NCBI GenBank assembly: GCA_030681195.1
Contig: JAUXXJ010000047.1
Coordinates: 19,643-83,642, forward strand
DNA length: 64,000 nt
Direction of reading: 5' to 3'
From: Rhodocyclaceae bacterium
GTDB lineage: Bacteria > Pseudomonadota > Gammaproteobacteria > Burkholderiales > Rhodocyclaceae
How positions within the stretch are numbered: position 1 is the stretch's first letter; every line of letters starts with the position of its first letter. This document shows positions 29,591 to 39,131 of this stretch, piece after piece. Below the pieces are notes generated by a model that had not been told where the DNA came from, ran no database searches, and saw only the letters and a program-made list of their open reading frames with translations. The position numbers and the translations under genes were made by a program.

Positions 29591-30061
29591 CTACTTGTTG
29601 AGCTTGCGCAGGCGCTCCTGCGGCGTGATGATGTCTGTCAGGCGAATGCCGAACTTGTCATTCACGACAACGACCTCGCCTTGGGCAATCAGGGTGCCAT
29701 TCACCAGCACATCCATCGGTTCGCCGGCCAGGCCATCCAGTTCGACAACGGAGCCATGCGCCAGTTGCAACAGATTGCGGATCGAGATCTTGGTGCGACC
29801 CAACTCCACCGTCAGGCTGACCGGAATGTCGAGGATCAGCTCGAAGCCATGATTGGCATTCGGCTGGCCGCCCCCCGAGAGCGGATTGAAGATATCGGCC
29901 GGCTTGATAGTGGTTTTTTCCACCACAGCCTGTTCGCCCATGGCGGCGGCCCAATCATCCTCAGCCGAGCTTTCACCTTCAGCGGTCGTTTGTTCGCCCA
30001 TGGCGGCGGCCCAATCGTCTTCGCTGACTGCTTCTTCATCCGGTTTGACTTCGTCACTCAT
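29591..30061 (-). CDS. fliN: C-ring protein FliN
   Basis: SpoA C-terminal domain (ILDIPVSLTVELGRTKISIRNLLQLAHGSVVELD...GEVVVVNDKFGIRLTDI). The N-terminus contains a duplicated EDDWAAAMGEQ motif. Confidence 0.95.
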   Translation of the reverse strand: MSDEVKPDEEAVSEDDWAAAMGEQTTAEGESSAEDDWAAAMGEQAVVEKTTIKPADIFNPLSGGGQPNANHGFELILDIPVSLTVELGRTKISIRNLLQLAHGSVVELDGLAGEPMDVLVNGTLIAQGEVVVVNDKFGIRLTDIITPQERLRKLNK

Positions 30062-30073
30062 GAGAAACCTCTA

Positions 30074-31060
30074 CTAGTGTGCATCTGCGCTTTCTTCGGG
30101 GGCGATAAACTGGCCGACCTTGAGCGCGTATTGACCATTGTTGATACCGTACTGGCAATCCATCAATGGAATGCCATCGACGGTCACGGTGACGAGATCG
30201 GTGATGCTGATCGGCACGACATCGCCGGTTTTCAGCTTTGCCACATCGCCGATGGTGATCATCGATTCGCCCAGGCGGGCCACCAATTCGACTTCCGCCA
30301 ATCCAAGCTGCTTGCGCAACAGACCGCTCCAGCGCACGTCGCTGCCGGCCTGTTCGCTGTGCATGGTGCTGTAGAGCACATCGCGAATCGGCTCGATCAT
30401 CGAGTAGGGCAGGCACAGGTGCATTTCTGCCGAGTTGCCCGAGAGTTCGATGGTAAACGTGAACGCCACAACGATTTCGGATGGGGTGGCGATGTTCGCG
30501 AACTGGGTATTCATCTCCGAGCGGACGTACTCAAATTCCACTTCGTAGACTGGCTTCCAGGCCTTTTCGTATTCCGCGAAAACGACGTTCAGCAGGCCCT
30601 GGATGATGCGCTGCTCGGTCGGCGTGAAATCGCGCCCCTCGACCCGGGTATGAAAACGCCCGTCGCTGCCGAACATGTTGTCGACCACAAGGAATACCAG
30701 ATTCGGATCGAACACCACCAGCCCGGTGCCGCGCAGCGGTTTCATCTGAATCAGGTTGAGGTTGGTCGGCACCACCAGATTGCGGATGAAATCGCTGTAT
30801 TTCTGCACACGCACCGGGCCGACGGAAATCTCCGTGCTGCGGTGCATGTAGTTGAAAAGGCCGATGCGGAAGTAACGGGCGAAACGCTCGTTGATGAGCT
30901 CCATCGTCGGCATGCGGCCCCGCACGATGCGCTCCTGGCGCCCGAGGTCATAGTTCTTGACCCCCCCCGCCTCCTCTTCCTGATGCTCCTCGTCAGTATC
31001 TCCCGTGACACCCTTCAAGAGGGCATCTACTTCTTCCTGGGAGAGAAAATCCTGGCTCAT
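30074..31060 (-). CDS. fliM: C-ring protein FliM
   Basis: N-terminal CheY-P binding motif LSQEEVDALL, 328 aa, upstream of fliN. Confidence 0.96.
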   Translation of the reverse strand: MSQDFLSQEEVDALLKGVTGDTDEEHQEEEAGGVKNYDLGRQERIVRGRMPTMELINERFARYFRIGLFNYMHRSTEISVGPVRVQKYSDFIRNLVVPTNLNLIQMKPLRGTGLVVFDPNLVFLVVDNMFGSDGRFHTRVEGRDFTPTEQRIIQGLLNVVFAEYEKAWKPVYEVEFEYVRSEMNTQFANIATPSEIVVAFTFTIELSGNSAEMHLCLPYSMIEPIRDVLYSTMHSEQAGSDVRWSGLLRKQLGLAEVELVARLGESMITIGDVAKLKTGDVVPISITDLVTVTVDGIPLMDCQYGINNGQYALKVGQFIAPEESADAH

Positions 31061-31073
31061 TGTCGATGGACGC

Positions 31074-31658
31074 TTACTGGACGATCAGCGAAGAGAAAAA
31101 TACCGCAACGACGGGGCCATCTTCATTTACGTCCTGCTTTTCCATGGCAGCATCCGGTTTTTCGCCTGTCAGGGTGGCATTGATCGACTCACGCAACTGA
31201 TTGGCGAGTTGCTGCATGCCTTCGGGGTTAGAAAGATCGGCCGCTTTCTTGGCCGCCATAATCAACAGGAATTTATGACGAATTTCCGGCATGAACTGCT
31301 TGACCTGATCAGCCATGGGTGCTTCGAGCAACTTGAGCTCAGGCGTCGCTTGGGCGTAATTTTCCTGGCCATCGGCCTGTAGCTTGACGACAAAAGGATC
31401 GAGCTTGACGAAAGCAGGGGGAGCCCCCGGGTTCCCTTTCTTTTTCTTGGTTTTAGCCTTGGCGACCTTGGCGGGCGGGGCATCCAGATCTTCCTCATCC
31501 CCATCTTCGGCAGGCTTTTTCTTCATCAACATGAAGGCCGCACCCCCTCCGCCCAGCACCAATACCAGCACGGCAATGATGATGATCAGCAACAGCTTGC
31601 TTTTTTTCTTGGGGGCTTCGCCTTCGGCGGGCGCCCCGGTCTTCTTGGCATCAGCCAT
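31074..31658 (-). CDS. fliL: Flagellar basal-body-associated protein FliL
   Basis: Lys-rich N-terminus, single TM segment, FliL core (FVKLDPFVVKLQ...). Confidence 0.88.
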   Translation of the reverse strand: MADAKKTGAPAEGEAPKKKSKLLLIIIIAVLVLVLGGGGAAFMLMKKKPAEDGDEEDLDAPPAKVAKAKTKKKKGNPGAPPAFVKLDPFVVKLQADGQENYAQATPELKLLEAPMADQVKQFMPEIRHKFLLIMAAKKAADLSNPEGMQQLANQLRESINATLTGEKPDAAMEKQDVNEDGPVVAVFFSSLIVQ

Positions 31659-31692
31659 TCTCTACTCCTGTACGGTCAGCCTGAAATCATGC

Positions 31693-32745
31693 TTAAGCGA
31701 ATACATCGACAAGACCACGCCCGACCTTGAGGGCTGAAGTGGCTGAATCGTGATCTGAAGATGCCATGATGGACGACTTTCCAGCAGAAGTCTCAGGATG
31801 AGCAGCGAATTTATCCGGGTTTTTCTCTTGTTGAGCGGAGTGGCGTGCGTTTTCGGCGCCTACCTGCGCCTGCCCGAGTTGGATGCCTGCTTCGGCAAGC
31901 GCTTCACGCAAGCGCGGCAGGGCCGATTCGAGGGCTTCACGAACAACCGGGTTGGCCGAGGCAAACGAAGCGGTCGCCTGATCACCCGAAACCGTCAGGC
32001 TGACTTCCACACGGCCCATTTGCGGTGGGTTCAACACCAGTTCAGCCCGACCTTCAGAGCGATTCGCCATCCAGACGATGCGTTGGCCGACTTCCTGGCC
32101 CCAGCCTGCCGCCCCAACGGGTTGGCTGACGGTCATGGTCGCGGGTGCATTGGATGGGCTGGCGGTGGCAATGACTTGTTGAACAACATTGGACATGTTG
32201 GTCGGTTGGCCGGATTGTTTGTTGCTGTCGATGGCGGCGGTGAGTTTGGCAGCGAATTCACGGCCGCTACCCACCTCATCTTTGCCTTCACCAAGCCCGA
32301 CGCCGATGCCCCGAGAGGTCTTTGCTTGCCCGAGGGGGGGCTCGATTTCGCCTCTCAATCCGGCAAGGGGTTTGTTGCCAAATTCAATGGCATCCTCACC
32401 GGCAGTAATTGCCGGCATAATCGGTGCCGCTTCTGGCGTGAGAGACTGGGCTAGCCCCATGGCTTCCATGAAAGGCAGCAGGGCATCAAGCTCTCCTGCC
32501 GTCTCGCCAGCGCCGACTTTTTGGGTGAGTTCCGTCGCTGCGTCGAGTAAACCTGTCTTGATCCCGGGCGGCGGTTGCTTGCCCATCAGTTGCTGGAACA
32601 GCGCGCCAAACGAGTTCGCTGCAGCCCCCGCGCTGCCCGGATCGGCCGCATCGGTGGATGAAGCGCCTTGCGCACTGCTGCCTTTTGTCTGGGCAATGGC
32701 GGCATTCGCCTGAAGGTTGGCTGGAGTAAAAGTGGTTGCCGTCAT
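31693..32745 (-). CDS. fliK: Hook-length control protein FliK
   Basis: Ala/Gly/Pro-rich N-terminal half and Flg_hook-type C-terminus (AELVLNPPQMGRVEVSLTVSGDQATASF). Start taken at MTATTF; the ORF-track start is 32799. Confidence 0.82.
   Translation of the reverse strand: MTATTFTPANLQANAAIAQTKGSSAQGASSTDAADPGSAGAAANSFGALFQQLMGKQPPPGIKTGLLDAATELTQKVGAGETAGELDALLPFMEAMGLAQSLTPEAAPIMPAITAGEDAIEFGNKPLAGLRGEIEPPLGQAKTSRGIGVGLGEGKDEVGSGREFAAKLTAAIDSNKQSGQPTNMSNVVQQVIATASPSNAPATMTVSQPVGAAGWGQEVGQRIVWMANRSEGRAELVLNPPQMGRVEVSLTVSGDQATASFASANPVVREALESALPRLREALAEAGIQLGQAQVGAENARHSAQQEKNPDKFAAHPETSAGKSSIMASSDHDSATSALKVGRGLVDVFA
32497..32522 (+). repeat. Dispersed 26-nt motif, copy 7
   Basis: tgccgtctcgccagcgccgacttttt, inside fliK (antisense, read as QKVGAGETA). 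Confidence 0.9.
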
Positions 32746-32820
32746 GGAGGCTGTCCTTGCATGAAATGTCCTGCACCACTTACGCAAGGACCATGCCACT
32801 GGCTGTGAGGCAGCGGAAGC

Positions 32821-33270
32821 TTATTCCTCTTCGCGATCCTGTCCGTAGCGACGGGCGGCGTGTTCGTCCGACTGCCTTTGCGCCTGACGTGCCTCGGCCA
32901 TCAGCACACGAGTCTGATGGCGCTGCGACAGGGTATCGAACGCCTTCACCTTGCCACGCTTGTCCAGCCAGTTGCGCTGGCCGATGGCGGTACGCTGCTT
33001 GGAGGCGGTCACCATGGTACGGGCCTGTTCAATGGCCTGATCGAGGCGGCCAAGGAAGTGCTGGAAGTTGCGCCACGCATCCGGGCCGATCCCATTGCCA
33101 GCGCTGGCAAGAAAACGTGCGTGATACTCGTCACGATACTCGACCAGCATCGCCAAGCGCTGGCTGGACTCCTGTTCGCCCGCGATCAGCTTGCCCAACT
33201 GACGCGAGGCCTCATCCAGACGCAGGTTCGACAGATCCAGCAGCGGTTGCAGTTGAAACGGTTTACTCAT
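32821..33270 (-). CDS. fliJ: Flagellar export chaperone FliJ
   Basis: 149 aa coiled-coil protein between fliI and fliK. Confidence 0.82.
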   Translation of the reverse strand: MSKPFQLQPLLDLSNLRLDEASRQLGKLIAGEQESSQRLAMLVEYRDEYHARFLASAGNGIGPDAWRNFQHFLGRLDQAIEQARTMVTASKQRTAIGQRNWLDKRGKVKAFDTLSQRHQTRVLMAEARQAQRQSDEHAARRYGQDREEE

Positions 33271-33309
33271 GGTTCAAGTATAGCGGCCCCGGGCGAAACG
33301 TCAGGCCTA

Positions 33310-34704
33310 TCAGACCGCTGGCAGCAGGGCATTCAGCGCAGCCTGGCTTTGCTGCGCATCGGCACACTCCTCGATGGACTGCTGCAGGAAGGCTTCCAGC
33401 TGGGGATACAAGGCGATGGCGCGGTCCAGCAGGGGGTCGGAGCCTGGTGCGTAGGCGCCCACGGCGAGGAGGTCGCGTGCCCGCTGATAGCGCGAATACA
33501 GTTGCTTGAACCCTCTGACGCGTTCGAGATGATCGGGCGGAATCAGGTTGGTCATGGCGCGCGAAATCGATTGTTCGATATCGATTTCGGGGTAGTGGCC
33601 GCTATCGGCCAAGGTGCGACTCAGCACGATGTGGCCATCGAGGATGGCACGGGCGGCGTCGGCAATCGGATCCTGCTGGTCATCGCCTTCGGCCAGCACG
33701 GTGTAGAAGGCGGTGATGGAACCGCCGCCGCTCGGGCCATTGCCGGCGCGCTCAACGAGTTGGGGCAGGCGGGCAAAAACGGAGGGTGGATAACCGCGAG
33801 TCACCGGCGGTTCGCCAATCGCCAGCGCGATTTCGCGCTGCGCCATGGCGTAGCGGGTCAGCGAATCCATGATCAGCAGTACCTGCTTGCCCTCATCGCG
33901 GAACTGTTCGGCAATCGCTGTGGCATAGGACGCGCCTTGCAACCGCATTAGCGGGCTGACGTCGGCGGGTGCGGCGACGACGACGGAACGCTTGCGCCCG
34001 GCCTCCCCCAGGTTCTGCTCGATGAATTCCTTGACTTCACGGCCGCGTTCGCCGATCAGGCCGACGACAATCACGTCGGCGGCGGTATAGCGTGCCATCA
34101 TGCCGAGCAGTACGCTCTTGCCGACGCCCGAACCGGCAAACAGACCCAGCCGCTGGCCGCGCCCGACCGTCAGCAGGGCATTGATGGCGCGGATACCGAC
34201 ATCGAGCGACTGCGCGATAGGCGCCCGTAGCAGCGGATTAATGGGCCGTGCGATGAGTGAGCGCACCGCTTTGCTGTCAAGGGGACCGAGGCCATCCAAC
34301 GGGCGCCCATTGCCATCGACCACGCGACCGAGCAACTGCGCACCGACCGGCAGATGCTTGGCCCGGTCGAGAGACCGGCGCAGGGGCAAGCTGGAAGCGC
34401 CTAGTTTCGGCGGGGGTTGCAGGCTTTCCATGGGTAGTACGTGCGAGCCAGGGGCGAGGCCATAGACATCCTCGGTGGGCATCATGTAGAGCTTCTCGCC
34501 AGAGAAGCCGACGACTTCCGCTTCGACCGTGCCGTCGCCGGGAATCTCGATGCGGCAGCCCGATCCGAGTGGCAGTTTGAGGCCCGCCGCTTCCATCACC
34601 AGACCGTTGATGCGCGTCAGTCGGCCGGCGATCCGATAGGGCGTGGCGGCGCCGGTGCGTAGTCGGCAATCGCGCAGAAAGTCACTCAGGCGCTGCGGGT
34701 TCAT
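33310..34704 (-). CDS. fliI: Flagellum-specific ATPase FliI
   Basis: Walker A GSGVGKS, Walker [11 protein letters not shown]1/T3SS ATPase fold. Confidence 0.97.
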   Translation of the reverse strand: MNPQRLSDFLRDCRLRTGAATPYRIAGRLTRINGLVMEAAGLKLPLGSGCRIEIPGDGTVEAEVVGFSGEKLYMMPTEDVYGLAPGSHVLPMESLQPPPKLGASSLPLRRSLDRAKHLPVGAQLLGRVVDGNGRPLDGLGPLDSKAVRSLIARPINPLLRAPIAQSLDVGIRAINALLTVGRGQRLGLFAGSGVGKSVLLGMMARYTAADVIVVGLIGERGREVKEFIEQNLGEAGRKRSVVVAAPADVSPLMRLQGASYATAIAEQFRDEGKQVLLIMDSLTRYAMAQREIALAIGEPPVTRGYPPSVFARLPQLVERAGNGPSGGGSITAFYTVLAEGDDQQDPIADAARAILDGHIVLSRTLADSGHYPEIDIEQSISRAMTNLIPPDHLERVRGFKQLYSRYQRARDLLAVGAYAPGSDPLLDRAIALYPQLEAFLQQSIEECADAQQSQAALNALLPAV

Positions 34705-35407
34705 CGTCTTTCAGCACAGATGCGCCAGCTTCGGCGCGATCTTCCCAAGCTGCCGTGATGCCGAGTCCCTCCAGCACCCGCTGCCAGCGCATGGCGACGG
34801 TGGCATCGACCTGCGTTCCGCCCGCTTCCAGCAGACAATCGCCGCGCTTGAGCTTGAAGTCTTCGTGGATACGGTGGCCGGCGTGACTCAACTGATCGCC
34901 GGCATAGGAGCGTAGCAGCGAGGCATCGTCCGGGTGCAGATAGATGGCGGCATGTTGATGGGGCAGCTGCCCGAGCGCTTCACGCACCACGACGAGCAGT
35001 GTTTCGGGATGGGCGGTGAGCTCCTGGCGGATCACATCACGGGCCAGGGCAATCGAGAGCGACAGCAGTTCGTCCGCGACGGCAGATTCCATTTCCGCCA
35101 GTCCCTTGTCGAGTTTTGCCGCGATTTGCGCAAAGCGCTTGGCTTCCCCGCGGGCCTTGGCCTGGCCTTCCTCGTAGCCGGCCTTGTGGCCCTCCTCATG
35201 CCCCTGGCGCTGTCCTTCCTCACGCGCCTGCTGATAAATTTGCTCGATCTCTTCGGCGGTGGGCAAGTGAACCTCGGGTGCCGGCACCTCGACTTCCTCG
35301 GGGGGGGGCGGCGGCGGCTCCATTGCTTTCTTGGCCGCTTCGTCAAAGCTGGCGAGTTCCCAGCGCTCCCAGGCTGTCTGGTTGGATGATGGCTCGGCCA
35401 TGATCAA
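34682..35407 (-). CDS. fliH: Flagellar export protein FliH
   Basis: Glu/Ala-rich coiled coil plus FliH C-domain, between fliG and fliI. Confidence 0.88.
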   Translation of the reverse strand: MIMAEPSSNQTAWERWELASFDEAAKKAMEPPPPPPEEVEVPAPEVHLPTAEEIEQIYQQAREEGQRQGHEEGHKAGYEEGQAKARGEAKRFAQIAAKLDKGLAEMESAVADELLSLSIALARDVIRQELTAHPETLLVVVREALGQLPHQHAAIYLHPDDASLLRSYAGDQLSHAGHRIHEDFKLKRGDCLLEAGGTQVDATVAMRWQRVLEGLGITAAWEDRAEAGASVLKDDEPAAPE

Positions 35408-36408
35408 ACCATCTGGTCGTCACCGCCCTTGCCGCCCAACTGGATTTGCCCTTCGTCGGCGAGGCGGCGTGCGATCTTGAGAATTTCCTTCTGTTCGGCT
35501 TCCACTTCCGAAAGGCGCACGGGGCCTTTCGATTCGAGGTCTTCCTTGAGCATTTCGGCAGCGCGCTGCGACATGTTCTTGAATACCTTGTCGCGCAACT
35601 CGGGTGACGAGCCTTTGAGGGCAAGGATCAGCGAATCGGACTGAATTTCGCGCAACAGCAACTGGATGCCGCGGTCGTCGACATCGAGCAGGTTTTCGAA
35701 CACGAACATCTCGTCGAGAATCTTCTGGGCGAGATCCGGGTCGTATTCACGCACGTTGTCGACAATGGCGGTTTCCGCAGCCTGGCCGACGAAGTTGAGA
35801 ATCTCGGCAGCATGGCGGATGCCACCCATCGCCGCTTTTTTGACGTTGGAAGCGGCACCGGCGAGCAAGCGGGTGAGGGCGTCGTTCAGTTCGCGCAAGG
35901 CGGTCGGCTGGACGCCATCCAGCGTGGCGATGCGCAGCAGGACATCGTTGCGTAGACGCTCGGTAAACATTTTCAGGATTTCGCCGGCGTGGTCGAATTC
36001 CAGATGCACGAGGATGGTGGCGATGATTTGCGGATGTTCGTTCTTGATCAGGTCGGCCACCGTGCCCGCGTCCATCCACTTCAGGCTCTCGATGCCGGCC
36101 GTGTCACCGCCTTGCAGGATGCGGCCGATCAGGTTGGCGGCCTTGTCATCGCCGAGTGCCTTGGTCAGCATCGAGCGGATCATCTCCTCGTCAGCCGACA
36201 GGGGTGCTCCCTTGGCCGAGTGACCGACCAGTTCGTCCAGCAGCGGTTCGACCTTGTCGCGCGGGATGGTCTTGAGCGCGGCCATGGCATGGCCGAGCTT
36301 CTGGACCTCCTTCGGCCCGAGCTGTTTCAATACCTCGGCGGCGGCATCCGAACCGAGGGTAAGGAGCAGCATCGCGCTCTTTTCAATTCCCTCTTCAGGC
36401 CCCGGCAC
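35404..36408 (-). CDS. fliG: Rotor/switch protein FliG
   Basis: 334 aa. Conserved MFVFENL and the C-terminal torque helix region. Confidence 0.96.
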   Translation of the reverse strand: MPGPEEGIEKSAMLLLTLGSDAAAEVLKQLGPKEVQKLGHAMAALKTIPRDKVEPLLDELVGHSAKGAPLSADEEMIRSMLTKALGDDKAANLIGRILQGGDTAGIESLKWMDAGTVADLIKNEHPQIIATILVHLEFDHAGEILKMFTERLRNDVLLRIATLDGVQPTALRELNDALTRLLAGAASNVKKAAMGGIRHAAEILNFVGQAAETAIVDNVREYDPDLAQKILDEMFVFENLLDVDDRGIQLLLREIQSDSLILALKGSSPELRDKVFKNMSQRAAEMLKEDLESKGPVRLSEVEAEQKEILKIARRLADEGQIQLGGKGGDDQMV

Positions 36409-38032
36409 CCATCCACTCCTTGATCAGTTGAGCGACGAGCTTCGGGTTCTGGTGCGCGAGGTCCTGCGCGGCCTTCACCCGATCCTCGAAGGTCGGCCCC
36501 AGATGCGCATGTCCTTCAGCACCTTCTTCTGCTGCTTCTTCGGCGGCCTGCTCTTCGGCCTCGACCCGGCGGGTCGTGGCGGCGACCATTTCGAAAATCG
36601 GCTTGAGCAGCTTGCTCCAGACCAGGAAGGCGATGATGGCGAAGATCAGGTACTGACCAAATTCCCGGGCGAAGGCGATGGCATCCGGGTCTTTCCAGAG
36701 CGGCAGGTCAGGAATCAGGTCGGGCGAGGGTGGCACGAAGTCGGCCGAGGCGACACTGATCGAATCGCCGCGTCCCTGGTTGAAGCCCACGGCTTCGCGT
36801 ACGAGGTCATTAATGCGCTTGAGATCTTCCGCTGTCGGCGGCGTGGCCTTGCCCGGCTTGCCATCCTTCTCCGGCCCTTTCTTGTGATTGACCGCCACCG
36901 CAACGGAAAGCCGCTTGACCACGCCCGGCGTACCCCGTGTGTGCTTGACGGTCTTGTCCAGTTCATAGTTGATCGTGGCGTTGCGGCTGTAATTGTTGTT
37001 GGCGTTGGCGCCGCCACCGGCACCACCGACCTGCGGGTTGGTGATCGGTGCCGTGGCAGGGACAGGGGGCTGGTTGGTCAGTGCGCCGGGCACCCCCATG
37101 GCGGGCGGCGTTCCTGATCCCGTCTCGGCGGTTTGCTGGCTGCGCACGGCGGTGTCTGGCGCCGGATTGGGTAGATAGGATTCCTCGACCTGGTCGATAT
37201 GCGAGAAATCGACGTCGGCGGCGATCTGGGCGCGAAAGTTACCCTTGCCGACCAAGGGTTCGAGAATTGCCTCGACGCGTGCCAGATAACGCGCCTCGAT
37301 TTCCTTGAGGTACTTGAGTTGGTTCGGATCAAGGCCGGCGGTTTTGAGCGGATCGTTCGGTTGCGAAATCAGCTTGCCATCCTGATCAATCACACTGACG
37401 TTGGCGGGATTCAGTTGCGGCACCGAAGAGGAGATCAGATGCAAGATGCCGGCGATCTGCGCGCCATCCAGCGCACGGCCTGGTTGCAGGCTGACCAGCA
37501 CCGACGCGGAGGGCTTCATCTCATCGCGCAAGAAGGCGGTCTGCTTCGGAATGGCCAGATGCACGCGGGCGGCGCGTACCGCAGCGAGCGTCTGGATCGA
37601 ACGGGCCAGTTCGCCTTCGAGGCCACGCTGATAATTGATTTGCTCGGCAAACTGGCTAACGCCCAGCTTCTGGTTTTCCATCACCTCGAAGCCGACCAGT
37701 CCGCCTCTGGGCAGGCCTTGGGAGGCCAGTCGCAGGCGCACGTCGTGCACCATGCTGGCGGGAATCTTGATTGCGCCGCCGCTTTCCAGCTTGTACGGCA
37801 CGTTTTGCTGCTGCAGGGTGGTAACAATCTGGCCGCCATCCTGATCGGTCAGATTGGCGAACAGGATGCCGTAGGGCGGTTCCTTGGTCCATAGCCAGGC
37901 ACCCACCAGGAGCGCGATCGCCAAGGCGACAGCAGCCATCGCCCCAAGCTTTTGGCGCTGGCTCAGTTGAGAGAGCGCCTCAAGGTTGAGAGGGAAGGAC
38001 GGCAAGGTGGGGGCGGCGGCCTGATCTGCCAT
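36395..38032 (-). CDS. fliF: MS-ring protein FliF
   Basis: Conserved YGILFANL...QIVTTLQQQNVPYKL N-terminal region. The MADQAAA start at 38032 lies downstream of the predicted sigma54 transcription start, whereas the ORF-track TTG at 38083 lies inside that promoter. Confidence 0.93.
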   Translation of the reverse strand: MADQAAAPTLPSFPLNLEALSQLSQRQKLGAMAAVALAIALLVGAWLWTKEPPYGILFANLTDQDGGQIVTTLQQQNVPYKLESGGAIKIPASMVHDVRLRLASQGLPRGGLVGFEVMENQKLGVSQFAEQINYQRGLEGELARSIQTLAAVRAARVHLAIPKQTAFLRDEMKPSASVLVSLQPGRALDGAQIAGILHLISSSVPQLNPANVSVIDQDGKLISQPNDPLKTAGLDPNQLKYLKEIEARYLARVEAILEPLVGKGNFRAQIAADVDFSHIDQVEESYLPNPAPDTAVRSQQTAETGSGTPPAMGVPGALTNQPPVPATAPITNPQVGGAGGGANANNNYSRNATINYELDKTVKHTRGTPGVVKRLSVAVAVNHKKGPEKDGKPGKATPPTAEDLKRINDLVREAVGFNQGRGDSISVASADFVPPSPDLIPDLPLWKDPDAIAFAREFGQYLIFAIIAFLVWSKLLKPIFEMVAATTRRVEAEEQAAEEAAEEGAEGHAHLGPTFEDRVKAAQDLAHQNPKLVAQLIKEWMGAGA

Positions 38033-38082
38033 ATTGCGGGAACGAGTCTCCAGAAAAACGCTGACGGATTTTGACTTGACCA

Positions 38083-38098
38083 AGCAAGTGAGGTTCCA
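38083..38098 (-). promoter_or_regulatory. Candidate sigma54 promoter of the fliF operon
   Basis: The minus strand reads TGGAACctcacTTGCT, about 50 nt upstream of the fliF ATG at 38032. Confidence 0.55.
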
Positions 38099-38104
38099 GC
38101 AAGC

Positions 38105-38123
38105 AGCGGCAAAAATTGCCGCT
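38105..38123. promoter_or_regulatory. Palindrome AGCGGCAA-AAA-TTGCCGCT in the fliF/fleS divergent region
   Basis: Perfect 8-bp arms, immediately upstream of the fliF sigma54 element. Confidence 0.45.
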
Positions 38124-38164
38124 AATTCGGTTATTGTTCTCCCAACGCGTAATTCCCTTTTATT

Positions 38165-38190
38165 CGCCGTATCGCCAGCACCGACTTTTT
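38165..38190 (+). repeat. Dispersed 26-nt motif, copy 8
   Basis: cgccgtatcgccagcaccgacttttt, in the fliF/fleS intergenic region. Confidence 0.8.
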
Positions 38191-38206
38191 GCGAAGATCA
38201 GCCGCG

Positions 38207-39130
38207 ATGAATGTTGCCGAATCTCCCCCGACCGGAATGCCTCAGCTTGATGGCAGCGACGCTGCCGTGGACCCGGCACGTCTCGCCGAGGCTTTTCGCC
38301 TGTTCAACCAGGTATCGGAGGAGCTCACCACCTCCTATCAGGCGCTGGAGCGCCAGGTGGTGGGCCTGACCGCCCAACTGGCCGAGGCCAATGCCGAGAC
38401 GCAACGTTTGCGCGAAGAGGCGGAGCGCAATCGACGGCTGACGGCCATGGGCGAAATGGCCGCCCAGTTGGCCCATCAATTGCGTACCCCGATTGCCGCG
38501 GCGCTGCTCTATGCGGGCAATCTGGAAAACCCGGATATTCCGACGGGCACCCGGATCAGCATTGCGCAAAAAACGGTTGGCCGCCTCAAGCATCTCGAAC
38601 GTTTGATTCAGGACATGCTGTTGTTTGCGCGCGGCGAAGTTTTGGGGCGCGATACGTTTCCGGTCGACGATCTGTTTGCCGAACTGGCCCACACCTTCGA
38701 GCCACTGGCGCAGCAGCGCGGGGTGTCGTTCCAGATGGCCAGGGTGCCACCGGGGCTGATGCTCACCGGCAATCGCAAGGCATTGACCGGGGCGCTCACC
38801 AATCTGCTGGAAAATGCGCTGCAGGTCGTCGCGCAGGGCGGCGGTCAGGTCGGCTTGGGGGTTGATGTCACTGAAGAACGGCTGGCCTTTACCGTTAAAG
38901 ACAATGGGCCGGGCATGCCGCCGGATGTGGTGACGCGCCTCTTCGAGCCGTTCTTTACCACCCGCGCCGAGGGGACGGGGCTCGGCCTGGCGATTGCGCG
39001 TGGCGTGGCACGGGCGCATGGCGGGGGGATCGACGTGGTTTCCGAACCGGGTCAGGGTACCGAATTTGTACTGACGGTCAGCCGAGGGGCGGGCAGTGAG
39101 CCAACACTAACACTGATGGAGTCAAGTTGA
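38207..39130 (+). CDS. fleS: Cytoplasmic sensor histidine kinase, FleS/FlrB-like
   Basis: H-box MGEMAAQLAHQLRTP, HATPase motifs (NLLENAL, DNGPGM, GTGLGLAI), no TM segment, directly upstream of a sigma54 activator gene. Confidence 0.75.
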   Translation: MNVAESPPTGMPQLDGSDAAVDPARLAEAFRLFNQVSEELTTSYQALERQVVGLTAQLAEANAETQRLREEAERNRRLTAMGEMAAQLAHQLRTPIAAALLYAGNLENPDIPTGTRISIAQKTVGRLKHLERLIQDMLLFARGEVLGRDTFPVDDLFAELAHTFEPLAQQRGVSFQMARVPPGLMLTGNRKALTGALTNLLENALQVVAQGGGQVGLGVDVTEERLAFTVKDNGPGMPPDVVTRLFEPFFTTRAEGTGLGLAIARGVARAHGGGIDVVSEPGQGTEFVLTVSRGAGSEPTLTLMESS

Positions 39131-39131
39131 G

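Noticed and set aside
29681-31183. 500-aa plus-strand ORF covering the fliN-fliM region.
   Set aside because: It is antisense to two strongly supported flagellar genes. Its composition is Arg/His/Gly-rich with no recognisable motifs. This is a typical shadow ORF of a GC-rich sequence.
36254-37894. Plus-strand ORFs of 287 and 231 aa overlapping fliG and fliF.
   Set aside because: They are antisense to conserved genes, low-complexity and Arg/Gly-rich, so I treat them as GC-rich shadow ORFs.
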